Shown: positions 10,800 through 22,800 of the stretch, piece after piece
Position numbering within the stretch: position 1 is the first letter of the stretch
Layout of the letters: each line of letters begins with the position of its first letter
NCBI GenBank assembly: GCA_030704615.1
Contig: CM060732.1
Span: forward strand, 79,608,001-79,672,000
DNA from: Takakia lepidozioides
Taxonomy: Eukaryota; Plantae; Bryophyta
Length of the DNA: 64,000 bases
Direction of reading: 5' to 3'
Position numbers and translations under genes: made by a program
The notes under the pieces: model-generated
Told to the model about the DNA's origin: nothing
The model's database searches: none
The model's input: only the letters and a program-made list of their open reading frames with translations

Positions 10800-12134
10800 A
10801 CCATCCCTAATTTCCACGGAAGCATTAGGTGAAATGTAAAGCTCCCTAAACATCGGCATAGCAATGGACTCTTTATCCAAGCGACCATTGTGCCAACATC
10901 CATAGGGCTCACAACAGTTGACAATAAATTCACAGGCTTTGGATCATACCATGCCACATCACACAATTGTCCAGAAATGTGCATCATAGTCAATTGTAGC
11001 CTCATTCACTTACCACCTCTCCCTAATTCCAAACAAGTAGGATATCCTATACGGTTGGTTTTCGCAGTGTCAGTGGCATAGATTCCCTTGATAGCCAAAT
11101 CATGGAATAATAGAGGACTGAAGAAATAATTATCCATAGTCACAATATGGCCACGGCCTTCAAAACCAAAAAGCAGTCCAATCACAACCGCGTAACCCAT
11201 GCCATGGGTCATGTCCACTTCCTCATTCTTACCCAAATACACTTCTATTTTCTGAACATACTTAGACTTCACATTGGCCAAACACCAGATTTTGATTCCC
11301 AACGTCATTGGTTTTTAGGTAGATACTGTTGGATTTTCGCATACTTACCTTTGTATTTGATCATCATCTTGTCCATGCATAGATTCTGTTGAGGTTGAAA
11401 GCAAGTGACATACAGGGAGTTTTGGGCTTCTAGTAGCCAGCGGGCCTTAGTAAGTTTATTATAACCAGACTGCCCACTGTCCATCACAAATGTGATGATT
11501 GTCAACAAGGTGGATGCATTGCATGATGGCCTCCCTTCGGTTCCTACTCATAATCTTCCCAAAAGATGCGCAATTGAAGAAGTCATGATTAGCTTTCCAA
11601 TAAAGTCTAGTATTATGAAATTTCTTCAGCCCCATCAACATATGAGTAGCCAACCACGCCCTTTAAGTCCCTCATTGTCAAAGGATACCAAGACCTCCCC
11701 CCCTTATGTGCTCTTCCTCAGTGGTTCAACTTGGATTGAACATACATGTTTGTAATCATGCAATTTTTGCGTGTGAGGAGGATGGGCCAAAACAGATTGA
11801 AGAAGTCAATTGGCCTTGCATTTTTATCCAAAAGAAGTCCCCCCCCAACATCCCCGAGTCCAGTCCATGTTACCTCTGGAATTCGGTCACAACTCGAATG
11901 CCACATGTTGTCCTTGAACATGTCTGTTGCTGGCCATATCTGCCAGTCATCAGGCAAATCACACAAACCCAATTCACGAGTGGACAAGCCGGTATCAACC
12001 CAAAAATCTTCCAAATCATGTTTAGAAAGTACTGTAGGGTTGGTTCTGACCTCTTCAGCAGGATCGAAGTCATTGTCACTAGCAGTTGAATTCCCCACCC
12101 GAGTCCGAACTGTCTTCCACAATATGAATCCCAA
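10800..12134 (-). mobile_element. Degenerate piggyBac-type (DDE_Tnp_1_7/PGBD) transposase
   Basis: Consecutive frameshifted pieces: PIDFFNLFW, MGLKK..RLYW..IMSRNR..IHLVDN, NLCMDKMMIKYKG..QYLP, GIKIWCLA..EVYLGK, GHIVTMDNYF, WYDPKPVNLLST. Confidence 0.85.
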
Positions 12135-13166
12135 GCATATCTCTCAAAGAGCATGGCTACGAATTCACACAGATTCGAACATACAGATTGTATGTAGCTA
12201 GTGGAAAAAAAGATATGAGGAAAAATCCAGCTTCAAGCACAATGTTCCCAGTTTGTTCAATCACAGTCCCATACATCGACACAGGGGACTTGATGATGAG
12301 GCATCTTCGGGCATTGTGACGTTAGCATATAGGACTCTTCCAATTTGGCCTAAGATATCCGTATCCTCCAATGACTAACTATGAGCAACGACATCACCAT
12401 CCTCCATTTGGGAAGAACGTGAAGAGTAGGAATTAGGCACAAATGAAGGAATGGAGGGAAGGTGTATTGTCCCTGTTTTAGGTGTTAATATTACTTTAAT
12501 GATGATCGGAGACAAATGTGACACCCTTAGTGGAGGGCTATGGAGGTTATGCACTGAGATTGGATCGTGCCCATTGAGTTTGCATATCCAGGCTTTGACG
12601 ATCTTGTGGTAACTCCCTTTATTTGCTTGTAACGTTGAGGATTAGGATGATAACATGAAAATTCAGCATATCTCTAGATTAATCAAGATATATTTCGAGC
12701 CGACTCACAAATACATCCGATGAGAAGACACAAAGCCAAAAATATTGTAGGCCTTCAGAGGACCTTTCGGAATGAGCATGCATTTTAGATCTGTATATTT
12801 GCTTTGGTTGGTGTTTTTAAACTCTTGTAACTTTCAAATGTTTATATTTGTAAAGGTCCAAACCATCATTGGTCCAAACCATCAAGTATTAAGTCAAAAT
12901 GACAAATTCTAGTCCTTGAGGTATAAAAGATGTGCGGTCGAGATGTTATGTGTGGAAGTCGCATTATAATAAGTAATACTACCCATGTTGGGTTGGAAAT
13001 GGTCATAGTTCAAAACGCCATTTCGTTCAACAATCATCCTCTTGTTGCCAGGTCATTAGAGCATTGTCGTTAGAGCATTGTCAGGCTCAATTTCAATATG
13101 TGAAGAAAGAGAATGATATGACATTGCAAACATCAAGCAATTGCTTGGTCTTGCGCCCTACTAGTA

Positions 13167-13526
13167 GGGTAAACCGGCCTATGACCGTTATAGTGTGACC
13201 GTTATAGTGCCTATGACCGATCACCTCATAACTGCTTGGATCAAGCCCAAGACCGCTCATTTTTGCCACTGGGCAAACAGTAGTTTGATAGAACCCCCCA
13301 AAAAATGTGATTGGTCATAGGGCTCAAGGTTCACATAAGCATTCGGATTGGTTCAACTTTGAAACCCCACAACTTTGTGTGGACTTCATGAAATCACGCA
13401 CTTCCAAGTGTGTTGTGATGCCCCCATGTGGGGCATCTTGTCAATTTTATCCGAGGTAAAAACAACAAAAATTCACCATTAGATCTTCCGCCATTGGTAC
13501 ATGAACTGTCATAGGCCTGTCTACCC
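13167..13526. mobile_element. MITE (360 bp) with 19-bp TIRs and TA flanks
   Basis: Left TA|GGGTAAACCGGCCTATGAC; right GTCATAGGCCTGTCTACCC|TA (2 mismatches). Confidence 0.7.
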
Positions 13527-13710
13527 TAGTAGCATTCAAATCATATCCAAGGTATATGAATAGATTAGGCAATGGAAAGAGGTAAAAACCTGTAAGTTCA
13601 GGTAGCCTAGTACTAGTTACAAGGTGTTTTTAACCCCTATAAGGGATGGAAGTTCGGGCTATGACGACAACGACGTGGGCAATGTAAAGGACCCTATTCC
13701 TGCACTACGC

Positions 13711-13729
13711 TAGGGTTAGGGTTAGGGTT
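13711..13729 (+). promoter_or_regulatory. Telo-box-like (TAGGGT)3 about 150 bp upstream of the MNS4 start
   Basis: TAGGGTTAGGGTTAGGGTT in the proximal promoter; a regulatory role is inferred from plant telo-boxes. Confidence 0.35.
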
Positions 13730-13879
13730 CACCAAGTTGCGAGTTCTCTCACAGGAACGGAAACTCTGAGATTCATTCCGATTGTGTGCAAGGCATCGCT
13801 GCAGAGAAGAAGAATGGTAGCTAACGTGCCGGGAAGCATAGTTGCTGGGAGAACTTGAGGAGCCCTTCCATGCCTCCAA

Positions 13880-16800
13880 ATGGTGCGACAAGGAGAGCTG
13901 CTGGCGGTGATTTGTGTGGTGATGGTGTGTGTTGGCCTGCCCACGGTAGGCATTGGCTCTGTGTCAGCTGCCTCCGTCTCTCGCACCGAGGCTGCGGATC
14001 TGCGTGATGAGGTGTGGAGATCTTCTCTTTCTATCTTCCCTCCTCCCTTTGCGCAAAGCGTCTTCTGACAAGTATGTGCTCTTCCCCTATCTTTCTTCTT
14101 GCTCGTGGTAAGAAATTCTGGTTCTGGTTATTAAAAATGTACTAAGTACAAACGCATATCTGGGCCATCGGATACCTACTTCCGATTAAAAAGGATGAGG
14201 GTTGAGGAGATGGCGACATGCAGAGCGTTGATGCAATACGGATCAGCGGCTGTTTACGCTTCAGCAGCTACCGGGCGACTCAGTGGGCCGTGTGATGTTT
14301 GATCGTTGCATTCATCAACGTTCTCTCTGTTTTTGGGGTTGATGGTGGCTTAAGTCAATTTACTAAGGTTACGCCATATGAGCATTTGGTGTTGAGCTTT
14401 CAGTATTATCAGCCGCACAGTATGCTCCAGAGTCCAGGAAGAAAACTTTTTTTGCTGAAAAGCAGATCCTCTCCCGGCAGCTTTGGATCTAAATGATTGT
14501 TCAGGGAAGTTATCCTTAAAAAATGTTATTTTTCATAACTTAGGGGCTAGCCAATCTCACCTTCCTTGATATTCTACCCTTCTTGCAATGTGAACTTTTT
14601 CATCTGTACCACAATTTCCTACAGATGTGCAGCATTTGAATGTGCTCTTTTCTTATTGTTGTTTTCTTCGAAAACCAATGAACATATTTCCACTTCTTAA
14701 TGGTAGATCACTGATTTTGTTACAGATTAATCTTTCTGACAGGGATTAGGGTTCAAGAGTTATGTTACATATATGTGAGTTAGACCATGGAGTATCTGTT
14801 GTCACTGTGAGAACATACAGAAGACGAGTTAACTGTCTGGAGGGTAGCAGGCAGGCCAATTAAGTAGTTGACATTCCCTTTGAGCTTGTAACCTTAACGA
14901 GTCTCATTAAGATGATCTGTCCATGTCTCTTGCGCGCTTGTATGAGGGGTGAAGGTCATGTGCTTTGCAGGTGAGGGGCATGTTTTACCATGCATTTGAC
15001 AGCTACATGCAGCATGCTTTCCCGCTAGATGAGCTCAGGCCCATGAGCTGCTCTGGAGAAGACTCTCTTGGTGGCTACACTCTCACTCTTGTAAGGTGGA
15101 ACTTGTCTATTGTATGATCGCCTCAAAGGAGCTTCACATGCACTGTCTACTTCTTAGGCTGGGTGCTTGATACAATAATTCTCTGACATGTGTTGGTGTC
15201 GGAGCTTATTCTTATGTGTACTGTTCCACTTCTCACCCATGTCTGGTTGGAAGGTTGATATTTTAGTTTACATTGCCAGGGTAGGTTTATACCTCACAGG
15301 GCATCCTGATTGAGTTACTAAGTATTATGATTTTGGATGCCAGATCGATTCCTTGGACATGCTGGCTTTGTTGGGTGATCAAGCTCGATTTAGCGAAGCA
15401 GTCAACTGGCTCGGCAAAAATATTCGATTTGACAAGGTTCAACTTCTGAGGCTCTTCTTTCTTGCATGATGATCTAAGCATAATCTTCCTGGAGAAATAC
15501 ATTGGAAGCCTTGCTTTTCACATGTAGAGGAGTTATAGAAATTTACCTTGCGGTACAAAATCATATTGTTTGCAAAAATTGTTCATTTGTTAGGAGCTAA
15601 GCTCCTTTATGTGAGTACTATTGTGCAGAATAACACGGTGTCAGTGTTTGAGACTACCATCCGGGTCCTTGGGGGCCTCCTGTCGGCCCATTTGATCGCT
15701 AGTGATTCATCAACGGTACCAGCTAGCATACCCTCTGAACTCTGCTCAGTGTAGTATGTGCACGTGTATGTGGGGGAGAAAGAGAGAGAATATACTCATA
15801 AGACGTTGTTTGCTGTAGCCTTGTTGGCCACAGACCCTTGCCCCGTTTGGGCGGAACAGAGAGATTAATCTTGCTCATTTATTCTGGAAAGTTGTGTAGA
15901 GAAAGCAGAGAGTGCATGACTGTTTGGAGTACCGTCACAAGTGGATAAACTGAGCAGGGGTCTTCATGTGATGTGGAAACACAGGGAATGCAAGTTGAGC
16001 CATATCAAAATGAACTGCTGTACCTGGCGGAAGATTTGGGTCGTCGTCTTTTACCTGCATTTGACACCCCCACTGGTATGCTCTTGCTGTTGGTCTGCGT
16101 TCGACAGCTCCCCTAGAATAAACTGGAGTAAAGGACTTTTCGAACATACTGTTATGATTGGTTGTCTTCTATCTTACATACTTCCACCTAGCTGACCCTC
16201 CATATTATGGGGGCTGGTGCAGGCATACCATATGGATCTGTGAATCTGATGTACGGTGTCAGTGATGACGAGAGTCAGGCAAGGCGAGCCTCTCCCCACA
16301 GCCACATGCCTTAGTCTAGGGTGTGCACCTTCCCTTGCTTTTCCATGGCAGAAGTAGCACAATCTTGATAGCAATCAAAGTCCATGTCTTAAACTTGTTG
16401 CTTCCAATCTCTCTCTCTCTCTCTCTCTCTGTGTCTCTGAGCTTTATTTTACGAGTTGTTGGGCAACTCTTTGCATTTTGTCGCCAAGCTGTCGTAGGTT
16501 TGACACAATAAAGATGTGATTTTAGCTATTTAGCTGTGAAGTCTGGTCATGCAGGTGACATCGACAGCTGGGGGTGGCACTTTGACTCTTGAATTTGGTG
16601 TTCTGAGCCGTTTAACTGGAGACCCTGGTGAGCAAAGTTTGTGATTGACACCTTTTAATTGTTACTTACATCTTGGTTTGAGTGACATACAGCAATCATA
16701 ATAACCTTTCACATGCTTGAGCAATGCACCAAAGACCGCTCCAAAGAAGCTCTGCCAGGTCCAAGCTTCTGGATAGTCGAATGCATTTCTTTGCAGCGAT

Positions 16801-19800
16801 AACAGTACATAATTTCTGGGATTATAGTAGCGTAAAATAATTGCGGATGTGGTATGGACGTTGTAGTCATGGAAAAATTTGCAGCGTAGCATTTAATTTT
16901 GATTCCAGTTTTGTGAGGATGTATAAGCAAGCTGACAGAAAGTTCTACCTGCCACAAACTCGCTACAGAATATGGCATAAGCACACTTGGGGGGTGTATG
17001 GGCAACAGTTTTTGAAAAGGTTGCTAGAATTGCTGTGCGAGGACTTTGGGCGCAGCGCTCACAGTTGGGTCTAGTTGGAGCTCACATCAATGTGTTCACT
17101 GGGGAATGGACCCATAAGGTAAGATTATTCTTAGGAGTATGGGCAGAGGGAGATGAACATGTAGTGACGGATTTAAAAGAAAGACATACAGACATGATTA
17201 TACTTTGGACTTTGGCCGTGTTCCCAAAGACCCCTAGCAGGAAACAGGGGTAAGGGTGTCCACTACTTGACGGCTTGCTTGCCAATGGAAACGGTTTGGA
17301 TTTTGGCCTTCCAAATCTGTTTGTCATAGCAAACAGATGAATTGGAGCAACGAACTGAATGAACGGTTACAGTTGCAGTTTCTCTGGTAATTATAAGAAA
17401 TGTACCCAATTCTCCTTCTTCCCATCACACCCCACTCTCCCTTTCCTCTCTGTTTCTGTTTGCTGCTCAAATGTAGGCTTCCCGTCCTGAGTTTAAATTT
17501 CAGTCTAGTACCGAGAGTGGGTAGGCCCATGAGGTCATCCATGATGTCTTTCCCCATGTCACAGACTGGAAACAAGTTCAGGGAAGTTTTCTGCCTAACT
17601 TCATTTCATCAGACAATTTCCTGGCAACAGATTGCAGAGAGAGAGATTGTACTCATAAGACATTGTTTGCCGTAGCCTTGTGGCCATTGACCCCGCGCCC
17701 AATTTGAACGGAACATAAAGGGACAGAAACTACCTTTGTCAGGGGCTGACGCCGGTAGTATGATTTACCTTGGAATAAACAGTTGATCCGAGATTTCCAG
17801 ATATCCTCCAGAAATCCCTTCACACAAGCATCAATCTGATGTGTGTGATTTGCCCAATAGCTAGACCCCAAAAGGGCCTGGGCTTTTGGCTCAGCCTCAA
17901 GATTTTCAAAGTTGTTAAGCAGAGGTACAGGCACAATTTCCTTGGGATGCCCACACAACGGGCACTTACAATCCCCCTTTCCTCTCTGCGACTCTTTGTT
18001 GTTCAAAGGTAGGCTACCCGCCCTGAGTTTGAATTTCAGTCTAGTGCCGAGGGTGGGTAGACCCTTGAGGTCATGCCTCACCCATGTCACAGACTGGAAA
18101 CAGGTTCAGGGAAGTTTTCAGCCTAACTTCATTTTCTTCAGACAATTTCCTGGCAATAGACATGGCTTCGGAAACTTCAGCTTCTAAGCCAGATTTATCC
18201 AGCACGGTCATGGCTAGTGCAGAGAGAGAGAGATTGTACTCATAAGACGTTTGCCGTAGCCTTGTGGCCATTGACCCCGCGCCCAGTTTGAGCGGGAACA
18301 AAAGGGACAGAACCTACCTCTGTCAGGGGCTGACGTTGGTAGTAAGACTTACCTCCATATATAGAATTAATCCGGGTTTTCCAGATATCCTCTAGAAATC
18401 CCTTCACACAAGCATCAATCTGCTGTGTGTGATTTGCCCAAAAACTAGGCCTCAGGAGGGCCTGGGCTTTTGGCTCAGCCTCGAGACTTTCAAAGTTGGT
18501 AAACAGGGGTACAGGCACAATACCCTTAAGAGATTTGAAGAGAGCGTCTCTTTGGTGAGAGAACCCCGGACAGTGTATCAGAAAATGAATACTGTCTTCA
18601 GATTGCCCACACAACGGGCAATCGCACTCTCCCTTTCCTCTCTGCTTCTGTTTGCTGTTCAAAGGTAGGCTTCCTGCCCTGAGTTTAAATTTCAGTCTAG
18701 TGCCGAGAGTGGGTAGACCCTTGAGGTCATCCAAGATGTCCTCCCCCATGTCACAGACTGGAAACAAGTTCAGGGAAGTTTTCTGCCTAACTTCATTTTC
18801 ATCAGACAATCTCATGGCAACAGACATGGCTGAGGACACTACAGCCTCTAAGTCAGATTTATCCAGCAGGGTCAAGACTTGCGGATCCAGGTCCAGGTCC
18901 TTGAGGATCTCTTCTACTCTCTTCTGCCAGGACTTAGCCTGTTTGACAGGGTGGTCCTGTTTCCAAGATATAGAGTCGATTAACTTAGGATATCTGGTGT
19001 TGGGCATATGTTGCAGCTGACCCCACCATCTGACCTTGAATTCATCTCGTCGGGAGCTTAAGGACGGAATGCCAAACTCACCCCGAACAGCCACATTGGC
19101 TGTTTTGGAGCATGCTGATATACACTCCTTAAGCACCCCCACTTGAATGGATTCTAGAGACTTAGCCTGGTTGGAGTTATCAACCCATATAGCAGATCCG
19201 TACTCCAAGGCAGGTCTAATAACGCGACAAAGCATGGTTTTCTTAACCTCAGAGTTGACCCCTCTGCAGTGGAAAAATTTAGTGAGCCCCAGAGCTTTGC
19301 CCTTGCCAGTTTGAACAACTTTCCGGATATGTGCATCCCAATTACAATTGGAGGAGAACTCAACGCCCAGGTAAGTGTAGGAAGGGAGGACCGGGATCTC
19401 TTGGCTACCCCACTGCCACTTAAGATCACTTCCTCCCTCTCCTCTGTCGTTGAATGCTACCACTGCACATTTGCTGACATTAGCCTCTAGCCCCCAAAGA
19501 TCAAAGTATCTCTTCGCGCAATCAATCAACTCCTGGAGATTGGTTGGAGTCTCCCCTATGCCTGCGAAGTCATCCGCAAACATAAGGGCTGGTATGGTGG
19601 TATCACCCACCCTTAACTCAAATCCCTCACTTTCCACATCCTCGAGGAGTTGATTGATGAAAACATTAAAGAGCAGAGGGGAGAGAGTACATCCTTGAGC
19701 TACACCTTGGTCTATGTCAAAGAAGTTGGACTTCTGTCCGTTAACAATGACACAGCTTTTGGTGTGAGCATACAAGTTGTGGACAACTCTCCACATCTTT

Positions 19801-22800
19801 CCCGTGATCCCACAAGACCAGAGGCGGAACCATAGGCCATCTCTCCACACTGTGTCATAAGCCTTTTTGACATCCAGGAAAAGACATAAGTGGGTTTCCC
19901 TTCTTTTTTCCTTCCCTGGATAATCTGGCTTAGAGTGAAGATATGATCCACACAGCCCCTGTTTCGCCGAAAGCCAGCTTGGCCTTCGTGGAAACAACCT
20001 CTAGACTCCAGATCAACCTCGAGACGAGTACTTATAACTCTGCAGAATGTCTTGCCAACAGCATTGAGGAGCGTGATGCCATGGTAGTTCCCCGGTTCTT
20101 CTCTGTCACCCTTCTTGTATGGATTGACAATGACCCCCTGTCGCCAGCGAAAGGGGATCATTTCAGTCTTCCAGATAAGGTTAAAGAGGAGAACTAGGGC
20201 CTCTATCATGGGATCGCCACCGTGCTTGATAAGCTCGTTGACAATACCATCAGGTCCACCAGCTTTATATCCATTTAAATGTTCAATTGCTTCCACAATC
20301 TCAGAAGAACTAATGGGAGCATTATAAGCCATTGAAATATACTCTCCAGTTCATCAGGGCTGTTTTGAATCATAGGAACAGTTTTTCCAACTGTGTCCCT
20401 CCATTCAGCAGAAGACCCCTCACTGTTAGACCTAGAAGTTCTGCCAAGGATACTGTAGTGAGTTTCAAAGGTTTTGACAATGTCAACCGATGAAGTCACC
20501 ACTGCACCTTTAGTAGTCTTCAGCGCTTGTACTTGCTGACCGTTTTTCGGCTTGTACAAACGTTGAAGGGCCAACCAGAATTTCTTGTCATTACCATGGT
20601 GGTTTGAGTTTATTTCACTGTATAACTTGTCCCAGTATAATTTCTTCTGAGACCTAACAAGCTGATTGATATCTTTACGGAGCTGGTTGTACCTCGTCCA
20701 CAATTCTCTGTTGGTTTCCAAATTGCAGCACTCTTTATAGAGGGCTTGTCTCTCAGCTATCTTGAGTTTAATCTCATTAGTCCACCAATTAACTGCTCTA
20801 CCGCAGACAATTAGTTTCCTCCCAATGATCTTGTCATCTACGGAGGAAACGAAACTCTCCCAAGAGTCCACTGCTCTTTCGACTTCATTTCTTGCGTTAA
20901 CAGAGCGTGACTGAAGTTCTTGGAGCGATTGGACAAAATGAGGGAGAACCTCTTGCAAGGCCTGGACGTACTCAGCCTTGACCTCCTCATTGTGGAATTT
21001 TTCTATGCGCCACTTCCGAATCGAACGTTTCACAGATCTCTTGGTGGTGGGAAAACACCTTTTGATCTCAGTCCAAACCAGGAAGTGGTCAGAGGTACCA
21101 ATATCAGTTCTGTCGATCAACACATTGGCACACTGGGGGAACAAAATTTTGTCCATTATGATATAGTCCACAATAGAGAGAGAGAGAGAAAGAGAGAGAA
21201 AGAGTACCTCAGTGTGACCCAGATGGAATTGAGAGTTAAGGGATGGAAAGGAGCAACTGATGTTCAGTGCAGTGCAAGAGTTGCTGGCTCTCTAAGAATA
21301 GTGTTTGTGGATGTTTGCGTTGGAAATGATGTAATAGGATGCAGGCATTGGCACCAGCATAGATTCTTTCTACGAGTACCTGCTGAAGGTGAGCTCTCAT
21401 CCATGTCTTCTAAAATGATCTGATGCTTACATCAAAGTGTTATGCTTTTGGTGCATGATCTCAGTTTTTTTCGTTTTCCTTGTGACAATTTTTTATCTGG
21501 TCTGCCTTCTTTTCAATTAAAGAACAGACCCAAAATAAACATGTCTGAGAAGCTGTTCAAGAACTCCTCGGCCATCCACTTTGATAGAAAGTTACTGTTG
21601 AGAACGCTCTTTTGTTCTGCATAGATGTAGGTTATCTGAGCAGGCAAACTCACAATATTTTGAGAACAACTTTACTGTTTTAAGGTTAGACTTGCACCTT
21701 AGCCTGTGGAATGATGTGTTTGAAATTTGTTTGTAGGCATACCTTCTCTTGGGTCAAGAAGAGTACCTTTACATATTCAAGGAGGCTTATAAATCTGTCA
21801 TGCGCTATCTCTACAATGATCCCTGGTAAGATGCAAACTTGTCTCCACTGCCTGAGTACAATGATATGTAGCCATAATATGGTGTGCTCACAGCCGTAAC
21901 CTCGTCATGGACGAGATGTACGAAAACTTTCATATATATATAATTAAAGGGAAGGCCTCATCGGGATCACGTCATATTATCGGAGTTGATGTGACAGTAA
22001 CATTGCCCACTTGGTAATTTCAGAACTCATGTGACATTATGCCTTGCGAATTATCAAGGCCCTCAAAAGAATTGAAGCCTCTCACTCCTCAACACAGGAT
22101 CTTGCTTTAAACCCGTAAAGTGTCTCCACCATTATTGAGTGGCAGAACTTGCATTAGAAAACTGTAACCGACTTTAGCAACAGCAACTGGTGGACAACTT
22201 CACCTGCAAGCCTGGTCTGTATTACTCGTACACAGGAGAATTGACTATCCATTAGATGTTCATGGCACTAATTTTCTCAGCCTTCAGATTAGTACAGATC
22301 TGTCAAAACATCATTCATGGTTTTTGGTTTGTTCTTACTGCTAGGTATTTGGAAGTGAACATGAACTCTGCAGTTGTTGTGTGGCCACTTTTCAACAGTC
22401 TCCAAGCTTTTTGGCCTGGCCTCCAGGTGTGTATTTAGTTTCAACACAGAGTAAATGTAGGTGCATTTTAAGGTAGCCTAAAGTCTCAGACCGGCTTTCG
22501 TGTTGAGCACTTGGAGACAATGCAGTGCACGACAATCAACTCATCGTGTAGACGGCTCTTGAGATAGGACTGATACCAAAATGGGGTTGGTGCAACTACA
22601 ACAGGTTTTATGATATTGGAAGTCTACTATTGGAAGTCTATGTTTGTCAAGGAAATGTAAGCTGTATGGAGTCCGATTTGTTCATTCCTAATCACTGTGC
22701 TATATATGTGTATGGAGTAGGTGTTGGCAGGAGATGTGGAGCCAGCAGTGCGCACTCACAAAGCATTTTTTGCTGTGTGGAAACGATTTGGATTCACACC

